DNA of 30,939 nucleotides from the IMG/VR virus record IMGVR_UViG_3300009037_000016, positions 1 through 30,939 of that record; one strand, given 5' to 3'. This stretch comes from a virus (Duplodnaviria; Caudoviricetes). Below the pieces are notes generated by a model. That model did not search any database and had not been told where the DNA came from. It worked only from the letters and a program-made list of their open reading frames with translations. Numbering within the stretch: the first letter of the stretch is position 1; the number at the start of each line of letters is the position of its first letter. Below are positions 16,337-24,988 of this stretch, piece by piece. Position numbers and translations under genes: made by a program.

Positions 16337-16765
16337 TTACTTAGCGTTCACTTCCTGCATGAACGCCGCCCTTTGCTCCGGTGTCAGGGACTTCAAGTAG
16401 TCCCTTGCACTGGTTTTCGGATCTTTTTCGACCGTGATCTTGGTCGAGACGAACTCCTGCACGTCCACCACAAAGTCCCGTTGCATGGTTTTAGCCGCAA
16501 GTAACTTCCGTAGGACTTTGTTACAAAGTTTCACTTGTAACGACTCGGACGCTAGTTGTTTTATCGTCCGAGGTGTACAGTTATCGAAGTTGTAAGTAAC
16601 ACTGTACACGTGGTCAGGCTTGTCGGCGGCTTCCTTGACCGTTGCGTTTTCAATACGGATTGCGTCCGTCTTGTACTTCTCTGGATCCTGTATAACCTTT
16701 ACAGTGTGGGGAAACTTGCCCTCGACCCAGAGGGTCGCCGTTCCGGTTGCTTTGTAGCTTGACAT
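16337..16765 (-). CDS. First gene of the leftward arm; hypothetical, C-terminal LTPEQRAAF motif
   Basis: GGAGGTG RBS. Confidence 0.85.
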   Translation of the reverse strand: MSSYKATGTATLWVEGKFPHTVKVIQDPEKYKTDAIRIENATVKEAADKPDHVYSVTYNFDNCTPRTIKQLASESLQVKLCNKVLRKLLAAKTMQRDFVVDVQEFVSTKITVEKDPKTSARDYLKSLTPEQRAAFMQEVNAK

Positions 16766-16859
16766 TAGTCACCTCCATTATGGATTGTGTGTGTTTAAAA
16801 GAGCCAAGTCTTACAATCTGTGCATTTGCACAGATCCGCTTGCATTTACATATTGTACA

Positions 16860-16876
16860 TGCAAACCTAGTGCCAA
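16860..16876 (-). promoter_or_regulatory. Sigma54 (-24/-12) promoter
   Basis: TTGGCACTAGGTTTGCA matches TGGCAC-N5-TTGCW (GG-N10-GC); about 95 nt upstream of the first leftward ATG. Confidence 0.72.
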
Positions 16877-16894
16877 CAATCCCAAGTCCTTAAA

Positions 16895-16907
16895 AAACAA
16901 TGGTTTA
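16895..16907 (+). promoter_or_regulatory. IHF-like site
   Basis: AAACAATGGTTTA vs WATCAANNNNTTR (one mismatch), at about -46 to -58 of the sigma54 promoter. Confidence 0.5.
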
Positions 16908-16916
16908 CAAACATCG

Positions 16917-17175
16917 TGCATAAAATATATACAAATTTCCTGCCAATTTGTCATACATAAAACATACACAACCTGCCAAAATGGCAGGCATACCACAACC
17001 CATTGTATATATCCCACCTTGGATATACCACCGGTTGTGCATTGCCCCTGCCAAGCCTGCCAAATTGGCAGCTGTCATGAATAAAATATATACAAATTGT
17101 ATATGGATTATATACAGGTACATAAATGTATATAAAATATACACAAGGACAGCATTTGTATATAAAAGGCATACA
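16917..17175. repeat. Cluster of two interleaved palindromic motif families (TGCCA-N3-TGGCA and TGTATAT-N3/5-ATATACA)
   Basis: TGCCA family at 16941, 16972, 17057; TGTAT family at 16917, 17078, 17098, 17127, 17157. Confidence 0.8.
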
Positions 17176-17399
17176 CGGCAATCCTCTGCACGAACAAGCA
17201 CTGTGCAAATGTGCAGGTACTTGCGATCTTTCCCAAGCCTATCAATCCTTGGCTTGTCGAGGTTTTCTAGTCAAGCCAACAGATTTTAGGCACAACGAAG
17301 GATGGCGCTTGGGGGGTTGTTAGATTTAGATGTAGGGTACCCGTGCATCTACATCATTTTCCATCCCATCTTTATGTACATATATGTACAAAGTACATA

Positions 17400-17433
17400 G
17401 ATGTTATTACAGAGGGGATGTTATTACAGAGGG
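17400..17433 (+). repeat. 17-bp tandem duplication GATGTTATTACAGAGGG x2
   Basis: Exact direct repeat adjacent to palindrome copy 4. Confidence 0.9.
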
Positions 17434-17439
17434 GATTAT

Positions 17440-17470
17440 ATCCCTTTGTATTATTATTGACCAAAGGGAT
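17440..17470. repeat. Dispersed palindrome, copy 4
   Basis: ATCCCTTTGTATTATTATTGACCAAAGGGAT. Confidence 0.9.
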
Positions 17471-17524
17471 GTGTTTTCTGAAGGAGTGTTATAGGAGAAT
17501 AACAGAATAATTATAGGCACTCGG

Positions 17525-17571
17525 AATGTACATACAATTACCTTGTATTGATAGACAAATTGTATTATATT
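17525..17571 (+). promoter_or_regulatory. Sigma70-type promoter of the structural arm with the same 17-bp upstream box
   Basis: AATGTACATACAATTAC-C-TTGTAT-N17-TATATT. Confidence 0.75.
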
Positions 17572-17607
17572 GAAGGCATATATTCGTAGATTATATGGTA
17601 CAATTAG

Positions 17608-18249
17608 TTGGCACAAACACAGAAAAATCATCTTTTCTCTTTTGTTGGAGATGAACAGTTAACCAGTAAGGAGGCTCTGAAGAAATCTTTGCTGGGGAAT
17701 CTAGACTGTGATGACAATCGTATGATTGGGTCTTCAAATTCATACGATATCTGTCATATCTGGGATAACCACCAGGAAATTATTCGCCGGATTGTTCTCG
17801 GACAGAAAAATGTAGATATCGCAAGGGATATGAACTGCACTGAGGCTACGGTTTCTAATGTTCGGAACCACCCTATTATTCGGAAGAGGATAGAATTTCT
17901 CCAAGCCATGGCTAACAACGCTGTTGTGGATGTGCAGAAAAGGATATTGGAGGTGGCTGCGGAGGCTCAGGTTGTTCTTGAAGATATTATGAATAACCAA
18001 GCCTCCGCGCCAAAACTTCGTGCAGATGTTGCCTTCGGTCTTCTGGATAGAGCTGGTTATGGCCCGGTGAAGAATCTCAATGTACGGAAGCAAACTGTTC
18101 CATGTGATCAGAATTACATGCAGAATTTGAAGAATAAAACTTTGGAGGAGCAAAGACTCCTCCGGAGAAATTCTACAGTTGTAGATGTAGAAACTGTACA
18201 GAATCAGGCGCAGGCAGTGGATAGTTTTGTGGAGGTGGAAAGTGAATAA
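17608..18249 (+). CDS. HTH protein, probable terminase small subunit (start uncertain)
   Basis: HTH GQKNVDIARDMNCTEATVSNV; helical core; A..LLDRAGY motif; first gene of the late arm. Confidence 0.65.
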   Translation: MAQTQKNHLFSFVGDEQLTSKEALKKSLLGNLDCDDNRMIGSSNSYDICHIWDNHQEIIRRIVLGQKNVDIARDMNCTEATVSNVRNHPIIRKRIEFLQAMANNAVVDVQKRILEVAAEAQVVLEDIMNNQASAPKLRADVAFGLLDRAGYGPVKNLNVRKQTVPCDQNYMQNLKNKTLEEQRLLRRNSTVVDVETVQNQAQAVDSFVEVESE

Positions 18250-18604
18250 GTTCACTATTAAAACTCATTTCAAGGATACAGAATTGAACTGCCGATGCGG
18301 TTGTGGAAAGACAGTAACGGATGTTCTTCTTCTTCGCCTGGAATGCCTTCGATCCATGCTTGGTATTCCACTAACTATAAACTCCGGAGCTCGTTGTCAT
18401 GCGTGGAACGAAACATCTGGAGGCGCTCGTGGGTCTAAACACTTGGATGGAATAGCTGTGGATATAGCATGTTCATCGGATAGTATTCGCAATCAGATTC
18501 TTGAGATGGCTCCGCACCTGGGTTTCTTCGGGATAGGGCTAGCCAAGAATTACATCCACTTAGATCTTCGGGCAGAATTTGATAGAGCTGCTTGGTTTTA
18601 CTAG
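18242..18604 (+). CDS. Peptidase M15A-family endolysin
   Basis: ELNCRCGCG, INSGARC..WN, SKH..G.AVDI, IHLD; GTG start after GGAGG. Confidence 0.9.
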   Translation: MNKFTIKTHFKDTELNCRCGCGKTVTDVLLLRLECLRSMLGIPLTINSGARCHAWNETSGGARGSKHLDGIAVDIACSSDSIRNQILEMAPHLGFFGIGLAKNYIHLDLRAEFDRAAWFY

Positions 18605-18611
18605 AAATATA

Positions 18612-18642
18612 ATCCCTTTGGTGTATTATTGACCATAGGGAT
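18612..18642. repeat. Dispersed palindrome, copy 5
   Basis: ATCCCTTTGGTGTATTATTGACCATAGGGAT. Confidence 0.9.
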
Positions 18643-18696
18643 TTTAACAGTGAGTCGGATAAAGCATCCCGGCTCTATTAAGTAAGGGAAGATAAA

Positions 18697-19137
18697 ATGT
18701 TACATTATCGATTTGGACTCTGCCTACAGACCATCAACATCCCTACAATAACCCTTGCGGGGGGAGTTGCTGTCAATTATGACTTAGATCTCCGAAACAA
18801 AGAATTCTCTGGCTTTATGAGCTTATGTCTTGAGACCACTGCAAAGGATGATGCCACCGGTTTGGATAAAGTGGTTGTAACTGTTACACCATTGGTAAGG
18901 AATGTAGCAGACACTGCTTGGCTTGTACCAGAAAATACAGCAGCTCTTACACTTGAAGACGATGTGGATATGAGTGAGGTGACTCCGACACCACTGTGCG
19001 GTGCATGGAGTGTGAACAAGCTTTTCGAACTCTCGGGTGATGCAAACAAGTTCATGATGGCAGAAGGACTTCGCTTCACCTTTGATGAGTTTGGTGGAAC
19101 AAACGGTAAGTTTGTAGGAAAGATACTCCTTCGATGA
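18697..19137 (+). CDS. Hypothetical beta-rich (virion?) protein
   Basis: ORF with RBS; ATGA coupling to the next gene. Confidence 0.7.
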   Translation: MLHYRFGLCLQTINIPTITLAGGVAVNYDLDLRNKEFSGFMSLCLETTAKDDATGLDKVVVTVTPLVRNVADTAWLVPENTAALTLEDDVDMSEVTPTPLCGAWSVNKLFELSGDANKFMMAEGLRFTFDEFGGTNGKFVGKILLR

Positions 19138-19961
19138 GCCAAGGACTTATAAGAAAACCTCACGGGATTGTGAGATCAGCTTCAGGGAGGTGGGGTTCAT
19201 ATATGGGTGGAAGCCTATATCTGTCCTCTCCAGGAGATGTCCCTGGCTTGACTCTCAGCCTTGATAGTGAAAATGTAACTCTGGTTAGTGGAGCAGTTGA
19301 TAAATGGAGTGATCTATCCGGTAATGCTTATCATGCACAAGCTACAGCCGCTGCTAATAGACCAGCTTACAATGCATTTCAGTTGAATGAACATCCTGTT
19401 TTAACCTTTAATGGCTCTGATGATTATCTTAAATGTCCGAGAATGACAGGAAAGTTTGCTAATGGTTATTCTTTCTACATTGTAGCAAGAGCAGATGATG
19501 GCAGACCTGTTGCTCATCAATCTTTATTTGGTGCATTTGATAATGTTCTGAGGGATAGTTATTTTTACTGTCTGGTAAGATACATCACAACTGCTGGTGA
19601 TCTTGTCTTGGGTGTTTATGAGAACAATGTAGCTTATTCAAAAATAATCAACAACTTCGCAGATGGTCAAACAGCTTGGTTCATTGCTTCTGTGAGAGTA
19701 ACACCAGGAGCAACATTAGTAGGTGCTTTCAATGGAGTAGATGCAGCGGCGGTTGATATATCTGGATTGACTTGGGCAAACATTGCTTCAAATGCAAATA
19801 CTGAAACTATAAACATTGGGGCGAGAACAATAACAGGAGTTGAAGGTGATCTTCCATATGATGGAGATATGGCTTGTCTGCATATCTACAACCGTCCTCT
19901 CAACGCAGATGAGAATACTCGAATGATAAACTATCTCAAAGCGAGGTACGCATTAACATGA
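19134..19961 (+). CDS. LamG/ConA-like domain virion protein
   Basis: V.KWSDLSGN..HA.Q....RP, FNGSDDYL, GD......YNRPL...E....YL. Confidence 0.82.
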   Translation: MSQGLIRKPHGIVRSASGRWGSYMGGSLYLSSPGDVPGLTLSLDSENVTLVSGAVDKWSDLSGNAYHAQATAAANRPAYNAFQLNEHPVLTFNGSDDYLKCPRMTGKFANGYSFYIVARADDGRPVAHQSLFGAFDNVLRDSYFYCLVRYITTAGDLVLGVYENNVAYSKIINNFADGQTAWFIASVRVTPGATLVGAFNGVDAAAVDISGLTWANIASNANTETINIGARTITGVEGDLPYDGDMACLHIYNRPLNADENTRMINYLKARYALT

Positions 19962-20263
19962 AAGAGTATGCTTTTATATACACTTCTAAGGCTAAACAGG
20001 CTGGTGTTCCTGCTGATGTAGCAAGTGTACCTCTTTGTGCGGCGAGAGATAAAGAGGAAAAGGTGATTGCCTACTTAGGGCTCTTGTGGGAGTGTCAGAT
20101 TCCGGTTGCACAGAAGGCTGCAATTAAAGCAGAGATTGAAAGAAAACCTGTTTTTCGCTTTGTCAGTGAACCAGTAGACTCAGAAAAAGTTGATCATTGG
20201 TTGGGTGAGAAGGGTTATCAAAGAGTGTTGGCAAAAGAAGATATCGGAGAGATAAAGCCATGA
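19958..20263 (+). CDS. Hypothetical protein
   Basis: ATGA coupling on both sides. Confidence 0.7.
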   Translation: MKEYAFIYTSKAKQAGVPADVASVPLCAARDKEEKVIAYLGLLWECQIPVAQKAAIKAEIERKPVFRFVSEPVDSEKVDHWLGEKGYQRVLAKEDIGEIKP

Positions 20264-20517
20264 AGATAAACCTATACAAACCCGACGGTTGGACAGCGAT
20301 CCACTTCATGATGGGTCTTGGGGTGGCTCTGATTGTGAGATCACTTAAAGGAAGTCGCTGGATGGCATTCGGGATTGCTTTAATGTTTTGTACTGGATGG
20401 GAGATGCTTGACGCTCTCTATGCAGGTCAGTGGATCTTCGATCCAAGGGGAGCAGATTTAATTGATATAGTGGTCGGTGCACTCGGTGCAGCGATTGCGG
20501 TAACGATAACAGATTAG
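20260..20517 (+). CDS. Three-TM membrane protein (H...G / WE..D / D..DI pattern)
   Basis: Three hydrophobic segments; GGAG RBS. Confidence 0.7.
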   Translation: MKINLYKPDGWTAIHFMMGLGVALIVRSLKGSRWMAFGIALMFCTGWEMLDALYAGQWIFDPRGADLIDIVVGALGAAIAVTITD

Positions 20518-20527
20518 AGAAGCAGAG

Positions 20528-20875
20528 ATGAACAACTCTCACAATACTGCTGTGATAGTGACCAAGCTGCGCTCACTTGAAAAGCTTATGGACGAACGCA
20601 AGGTATATTTAGATAAAGCTCTCGACCTTCAGGCAAAGGAATATGAGCGACGGTTAAGAGATTTGAACCACGAGGCAAGTCGTCTGGATAGTATGCAGCA
20701 TACATATCTATTGCAAAGTACTTATAACACAAAAATGGAAGGGGTAGATGAGTCTATATCAGCATTAAAGATAGCTCATGCAAACCTTCAAGGGAGGTTG
20801 CTGATCGCTGGTAGCTTTGTCTTAGCAGCAATATCTGTTTTGACAGCCTTTATCACAAGTATCTTATTTAAATAA
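20528..20875 (+). CDS. Coiled-coil protein with C-terminal TM helix (holin/XhlA-like topology)
   Basis: Charged heptads followed by LLIAGSFVLAAISVLTAFITSILF. Confidence 0.65.
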   Translation: MNNSHNTAVIVTKLRSLEKLMDERKVYLDKALDLQAKEYERRLRDLNHEASRLDSMQHTYLLQSTYNTKMEGVDESISALKIAHANLQGRLLIAGSFVLAAISVLTAFITSILFK

Positions 20876-20902
20876 AGCTTAAACAGAAAGAAGGAGAAAG
20901 AG

Positions 20903-21253
20903 ATGAGTCCCTATCTCGAAAAGATTCTCGTCACCTTAGACGAGACAAAGGCTGACTGGAGAGAGTTGTTTAACCCACCTTTCTCTGTCAAGGAAGTTTT
21001 AGAGCTCTTGAAAGACCTGATACAAGTCGCTGAGTCTGTCATCACATCACCTGGCTCTGGTGAAGACAAGCATGCTGTGGTGAAGGAAGCCTTCTTGTAT
21101 CTGGATGAGCAGTATCAGCTTGTGGACAAGATGGATGATGCAATAAAGCTGCCTTTCTATCTCGAACCCTTCGATGGGAAGCTGATCCGTGCAGCGATTG
21201 ATCTTCTCATCGTGGCTATGGTGAAGGTGTTCAATGCAACCATTTGGAAGTAG
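20903..21253 (+). CDS. Hypothetical protein, weakly LL-H-holin-like (GSGEDK...V)
   Basis: AAGGAG RBS; lies next to membrane protein genes. Confidence 0.6.
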   Translation: MSPYLEKILVTLDETKADWRELFNPPFSVKEVLELLKDLIQVAESVITSPGSGEDKHAVVKEAFLYLDEQYQLVDKMDDAIKLPFYLEPFDGKLIRAAIDLLIVAMVKVFNATIWK

Positions 21254-21637
21254 ATGAAGTGTGCAAATCTCAATCTGCGGATTCTTCAAGGATCCAATTT
21301 TGAAGGGATTTTTACCGTTCGGGATGCGGGCGGAAACCCTGTAGATCTTACTGGATATGAGGCTCGATTGCAGGCGAGGGAGCTTACTAATCTAAGTACT
21401 GTTTTGTTTAGATGGCTTAGTATTATATATGATCCTGGTGGATTAGAAGCTCTTGTGGACCCAGTCCTCACAATGGGTGGAGCTGCAGGAACGATCTCTG
21501 TTCTTGTTATTGGGGCTGTAACAGCTGCCTATTCCTTCACCATTGGATCCTATGACCTGGAAGTTTATGATGTTTCTGGCAATGTATATAGGGTTTGCCA
21601 GGGCTACGTTGAATTGAGTAAAGAGGTAACAAGATAA
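21254..21637 (+). CDS. BppU-N-like fibre/baseplate adaptor domain protein
   Basis: I.QG..F......D..G.PVDLTGY.AR.Q.R...YDLEV.......R...G......EVTR. Confidence 0.75.
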   Translation: MKCANLNLRILQGSNFEGIFTVRDAGGNPVDLTGYEARLQARELTNLSTVLFRWLSIIYDPGGLEALVDPVLTMGGAAGTISVLVIGAVTAAYSFTIGSYDLEVYDVSGNVYRVCQGYVELSKEVTR

Positions 21638-23451
21638 TGGCAGGTCCTTCCATTTACAGAGTTGACTTTCGGGAAGTTGTGTTCTCTGGAAGTGTTGGCT
21701 CCATGCAAGAACCATCCGGACTCGTTGCAGTTGCAGAGATAGATGGTGTGCGGTTCCGTTGGGATTATGCTTATATAATTCCATACTATTACCAGATCCG
21801 GTACCAGGTAGAAACTGATGGATGGGGAAACTGGATAAATCTTGGTGGGGCTGTCACGGACTTCAGAGGTCTCACTCTTGCCGAGAAGAATGCTCATAAT
21901 ACAGGAGTGAACCTTGCCAATATACAGGCACAGCTTAGAATAACTGATGGAGCTGGACATTATAGTGTTGCAACGCTGAGTGCAAATGCCGATGCACTTC
22001 GTGGAAACATTTTATCTGGTGATATTGTTGATGGGAATATCACCACTGCAAAAGTGGCAGATGCTGGAATTACTGCAGATAAGATATTAAACAGTGCAGT
22101 CACTGGATCTAAGATCCTTCCAGGTACCATCACCGGACCGAAGTTGCAGGATGGAACAGTCGGCACTACACAGTTATCAAATGACAGCGTAGATGGATAC
22201 AAGCTTGCAAATCTTGCAGTAAGTGAAGGTAAGATTGCAAATCTTGCTGTGACGGCTGGAAAACTGGCTGCGAATGCAGTGGAAACTGCAAAAATAAAAG
22301 ACCTTAATGTTACTAATGCGAAGATTGAGGCTGGAAGTGGAACTACTGGAATTCAGGTTGCCAAACTTCATACAGATACAACTGCAAGAATGTTCGAAAG
22401 TGCTGGAAGGGCAAAGCTGGATGCTGTTCTTCCGGTTACAATAAATAATCTCGATGCGACGGATAAAATCCTTATTAGTGGAGTTCACGATAACATTGGA
22501 ACCAACAAAGCTGCCATCAAAACATCTCTTCTTCTTAATCTTGTGGAGAATCTCACTGCAGAAAATCAATGCTCTGCAGGTATAACATCCGCCATAACCA
22601 CTGCCAAGCAACTTGTTCTCTACACGAATATCCTTGCGAAGATCAATGCAAGTGCTGAAGCAACCAAGATTCAAGAAACTGCCATTGATAAAGTTCTTGG
22701 CGTGCAAGTTTATAATAGTGCAAAAACATTGGCATTATTCAATGCCGCTGGGAATGTTATAACCGGTATTGAAAGCGGTGCTGTTGTTCTCACGCCTGCG
22801 ATGATTCATAGGGCTATGACTGTTACTGGTGGTGGGAGGTCTAGAAAATTAGACTTGGCTGATATTGACAACGGTAATCTCGACAATATAAATGATGGCG
22901 CTACCTATGGAAAGACCACCCTTGCACAGGCGATTGCAGCTGGATATGCAGTGGCTGGTTTGCATACCACCGGTGCTAATAAGGTTGGTTCTTATTATTC
23001 CGTATCCGGTCTTACCAAAACCCCTCTACAAATCGAGAATAGATGTGATGCAAGAAGGATTGTCTGGGCTGAGCAGAAAACTGGCACGGGAACTTTTGAT
23101 TTTGATGTAATCACGTATGCTCCGGGTGCACCTGGTTGGGAAACACAGAGAGTCATTAGATTGATTTTCCAGAAGGGAGATGCCACTGTATACTACAAGA
23201 CACTTGCAAAGTCTGATTTGTGGACTGGGAAGATCCGTATTTTGGTCTATGATGATGCTGGGTCTTTGATAGTTACTGGGACAGGCACGACTCTTAATAA
23301 TGCTGCCTACAATCCTTTCGAGGCAAGTGCTGATATTGGGACGGCTGGTTTTGTAGAACATGATATTTACGATATTGCTATTCAGCTTTACGCCGAAGGT
23401 CCTGCTGAAGATTCTTTCATGAAAGGTGGTGTGGCTAGTGTTTCCGTCTGA
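21637..23451 (+). CDS. Tail fibre/spike-like protein with decapeptide repeats
   Basis: About 10 repeats of xx(V/I)Txx K(I/L)xx (GNITTAKVAD...LNVTNAKIEA); G/A/T-rich. Confidence 0.75.
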   Translation: MAGPSIYRVDFREVVFSGSVGSMQEPSGLVAVAEIDGVRFRWDYAYIIPYYYQIRYQVETDGWGNWINLGGAVTDFRGLTLAEKNAHNTGVNLANIQAQLRITDGAGHYSVATLSANADALRGNILSGDIVDGNITTAKVADAGITADKILNSAVTGSKILPGTITGPKLQDGTVGTTQLSNDSVDGYKLANLAVSEGKIANLAVTAGKLAANAVETAKIKDLNVTNAKIEAGSGTTGIQVAKLHTDTTARMFESAGRAKLDAVLPVTINNLDATDKILISGVHDNIGTNKAAIKTSLLLNLVENLTAENQCSAGITSAITTAKQLVLYTNILAKINASAEATKIQETAIDKVLGVQVYNSAKTLALFNAAGNVITGIESGAVVLTPAMIHRAMTVTGGGRSRKLDLADIDNGNLDNINDGATYGKTTLAQAIAAGYAVAGLHTTGANKVGSYYSVSGLTKTPLQIENRCDARRIVWAEQKTGTGTFDFDVITYAPGAPGWETQRVIRLIFQKGDATVYYKTLAKSDLWTGKIRILVYDDAGSLIVTGTGTTLNNAAYNPFEASADIGTAGFVEHDIYDIAIQLYAEGPAEDSFMKGGVASVSV

Positions 23452-24988
23452 TAGATATGTAGAAGAACTCCAGAACGATGCCACTTTCCAGGAGGTAATG
23501 GTTGAACTTTCTAATAATACTGGTCTATGGTGTAGAATAGTATTCCCTAGAAGGTTCAAACGAAGTTTTAGTAAGTACCATGAAATGCTCTTTGAAGCGT
23601 TGGACGATCGAAGTATCAAGAAATTATTGGTGATTGCACACCGTGACTTTGGGAAGACATCTATATTACAACTTGGATATGCTTCTAAAGAGATTCTATT
23701 TGACTATGCGTCTTTTGTAGTGCCTATAAGTTGTAGTGCCACCCATGCTATTATGCAGTCGGAAAATTTGAAGAAGGCTATTGTATCCAACGATTTTATA
23801 CGGAAGCATTGGGGCGAATTAAGACCAGAGGAAAGGGAAGCTTGGTTTTCTAAGAACCTTTGGACTATGAAATTACAAGGAGCGGAGCAAGAAAAGATCA
23901 TAGTTCCAAGAGGTTCTTTACAACAACTTCGTGGATTGATTTATGGAGACAGCCGTCCAAACCTTATATTAGTTGATGACTTGGAAGATCCACAGAAATT
24001 GTTGTCGGAGGAAATGCGTGATAAGCAGAGAAAGTGGTTCTTTGGATCTATGGAGAACATCGTAGATATTGCAGAAGAAGATTGGCGTACTATTGTTATG
24101 GGAACCCTCGTTCACTTGGATTGTTTATTGGCGAGACTTCGTGAAGATAAAGATAATTGGACAACTGTAAATCTTCCACTCTGTGATAGATCTTACCACA
24201 CTCTCTGGCCTGAACGGTTTAGTCAGGAAAAGGTGGATGGAATGATAGCTGGCGCTCGAGCGCAGAAGCAGTTCGGTTTATGGTGTATGGAGTATATGAA
24301 CGAAATTGTGCCGGGTGATGATCAGAGTTTCCATGAAGATATGTTTGTAAGGTATGATCCAAATGTTATAAATCTCAACGACCATAATATAGCGGAGAAT
24401 TTGGTAATTGTAGACCCTGCAAAAACAGCAGAGTTGAGAAGTGCAGATAGTGGAATGGTCGCCGTTGGTGTTGGATTGAAAGAGAACTTGTTTTTTGTTC
24501 GCGAAGCGAAGGGTGAGAAGTATGAACCTGCTCAATTGATAGATGAAACCTTTGCTATGGCTATTAGGAATAGGGCAAGAATTATAGCTATTGAAGTTAC
24601 TGGAATTGAAAATTGGATAAAGCATCCCTTCATGGATATGGCGGAGAAGAAGGGATATAAATTCCACTTCATTTGGCTTAAAGCCAAAGGGAAGAAGGAA
24701 TTTAGAGTTCGACAGTTACTACCATATTATAGCAGACAGCATTTTAGGCATTCTCCTCTTTGTGCAGCTCTCGAACAGCAACTTCTAGCATTTCCATACT
24801 CCCAACTCTGGGACATAATGGATGCTCTTGCATATTTACCATCCATTCTGGAAGACTTTGAGGTGTACTTTCAATATTATGGTGGTGATGAAAGTAAGCA
24901 GTTGGAGGAGGAAATTAAAGAAATTCTTCGGATGGATAAAGAGGAAGAAGAGTTGGACGAAGAAGAAGGATGGCGGATCTTAAAATGA
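23426..24988 (+). CDS. terL: Terminase large subunit
   Basis: Walker A AHRDFGKTS, Walker B LILVDDLED, motif III MGT, nuclease VDPA, IEV and DIMDALAY. Confidence 0.93.
   Translation: MVWLVFPSDRYVEELQNDATFQEVMVELSNNTGLWCRIVFPRRFKRSFSKYHEMLFEALDDRSIKKLLVIAHRDFGKTSILQLGYASKEILFDYASFVVPISCSATHAIMQSENLKKAIVSNDFIRKHWGELRPEEREAWFSKNLWTMKLQGAEQEKIIVPRGSLQQLRGLIYGDSRPNLILVDDLEDPQKLLSEEMRDKQRKWFFGSMENIVDIAEEDWRTIVMGTLVHLDCLLARLREDKDNWTTVNLPLCDRSYHTLWPERFSQEKVDGMIAGARAQKQFGLWCMEYMNEIVPGDDQSFHEDMFVRYDPNVINLNDHNIAENLVIVDPAKTAELRSADSGMVAVGVGLKENLFFVREAKGEKYEPAQLIDETFAMAIRNRARIIAIEVTGIENWIKHPFMDMAEKKGYKFHFIWLKAKGKKEFRVRQLLPYYSRQHFRHSPLCAALEQQLLAFPYSQLWDIMDALAYLPSILEDFEVYFQYYGGDESKQLEEEIKEILRMDKEEEELDEEEGWRILK

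Noticed and set aside
16785-17631. ORF-track ORFs in the divergent control region
   Set aside because: Low-complexity Y/I/C-rich translations without RBS, overlapping regulatory repeats.
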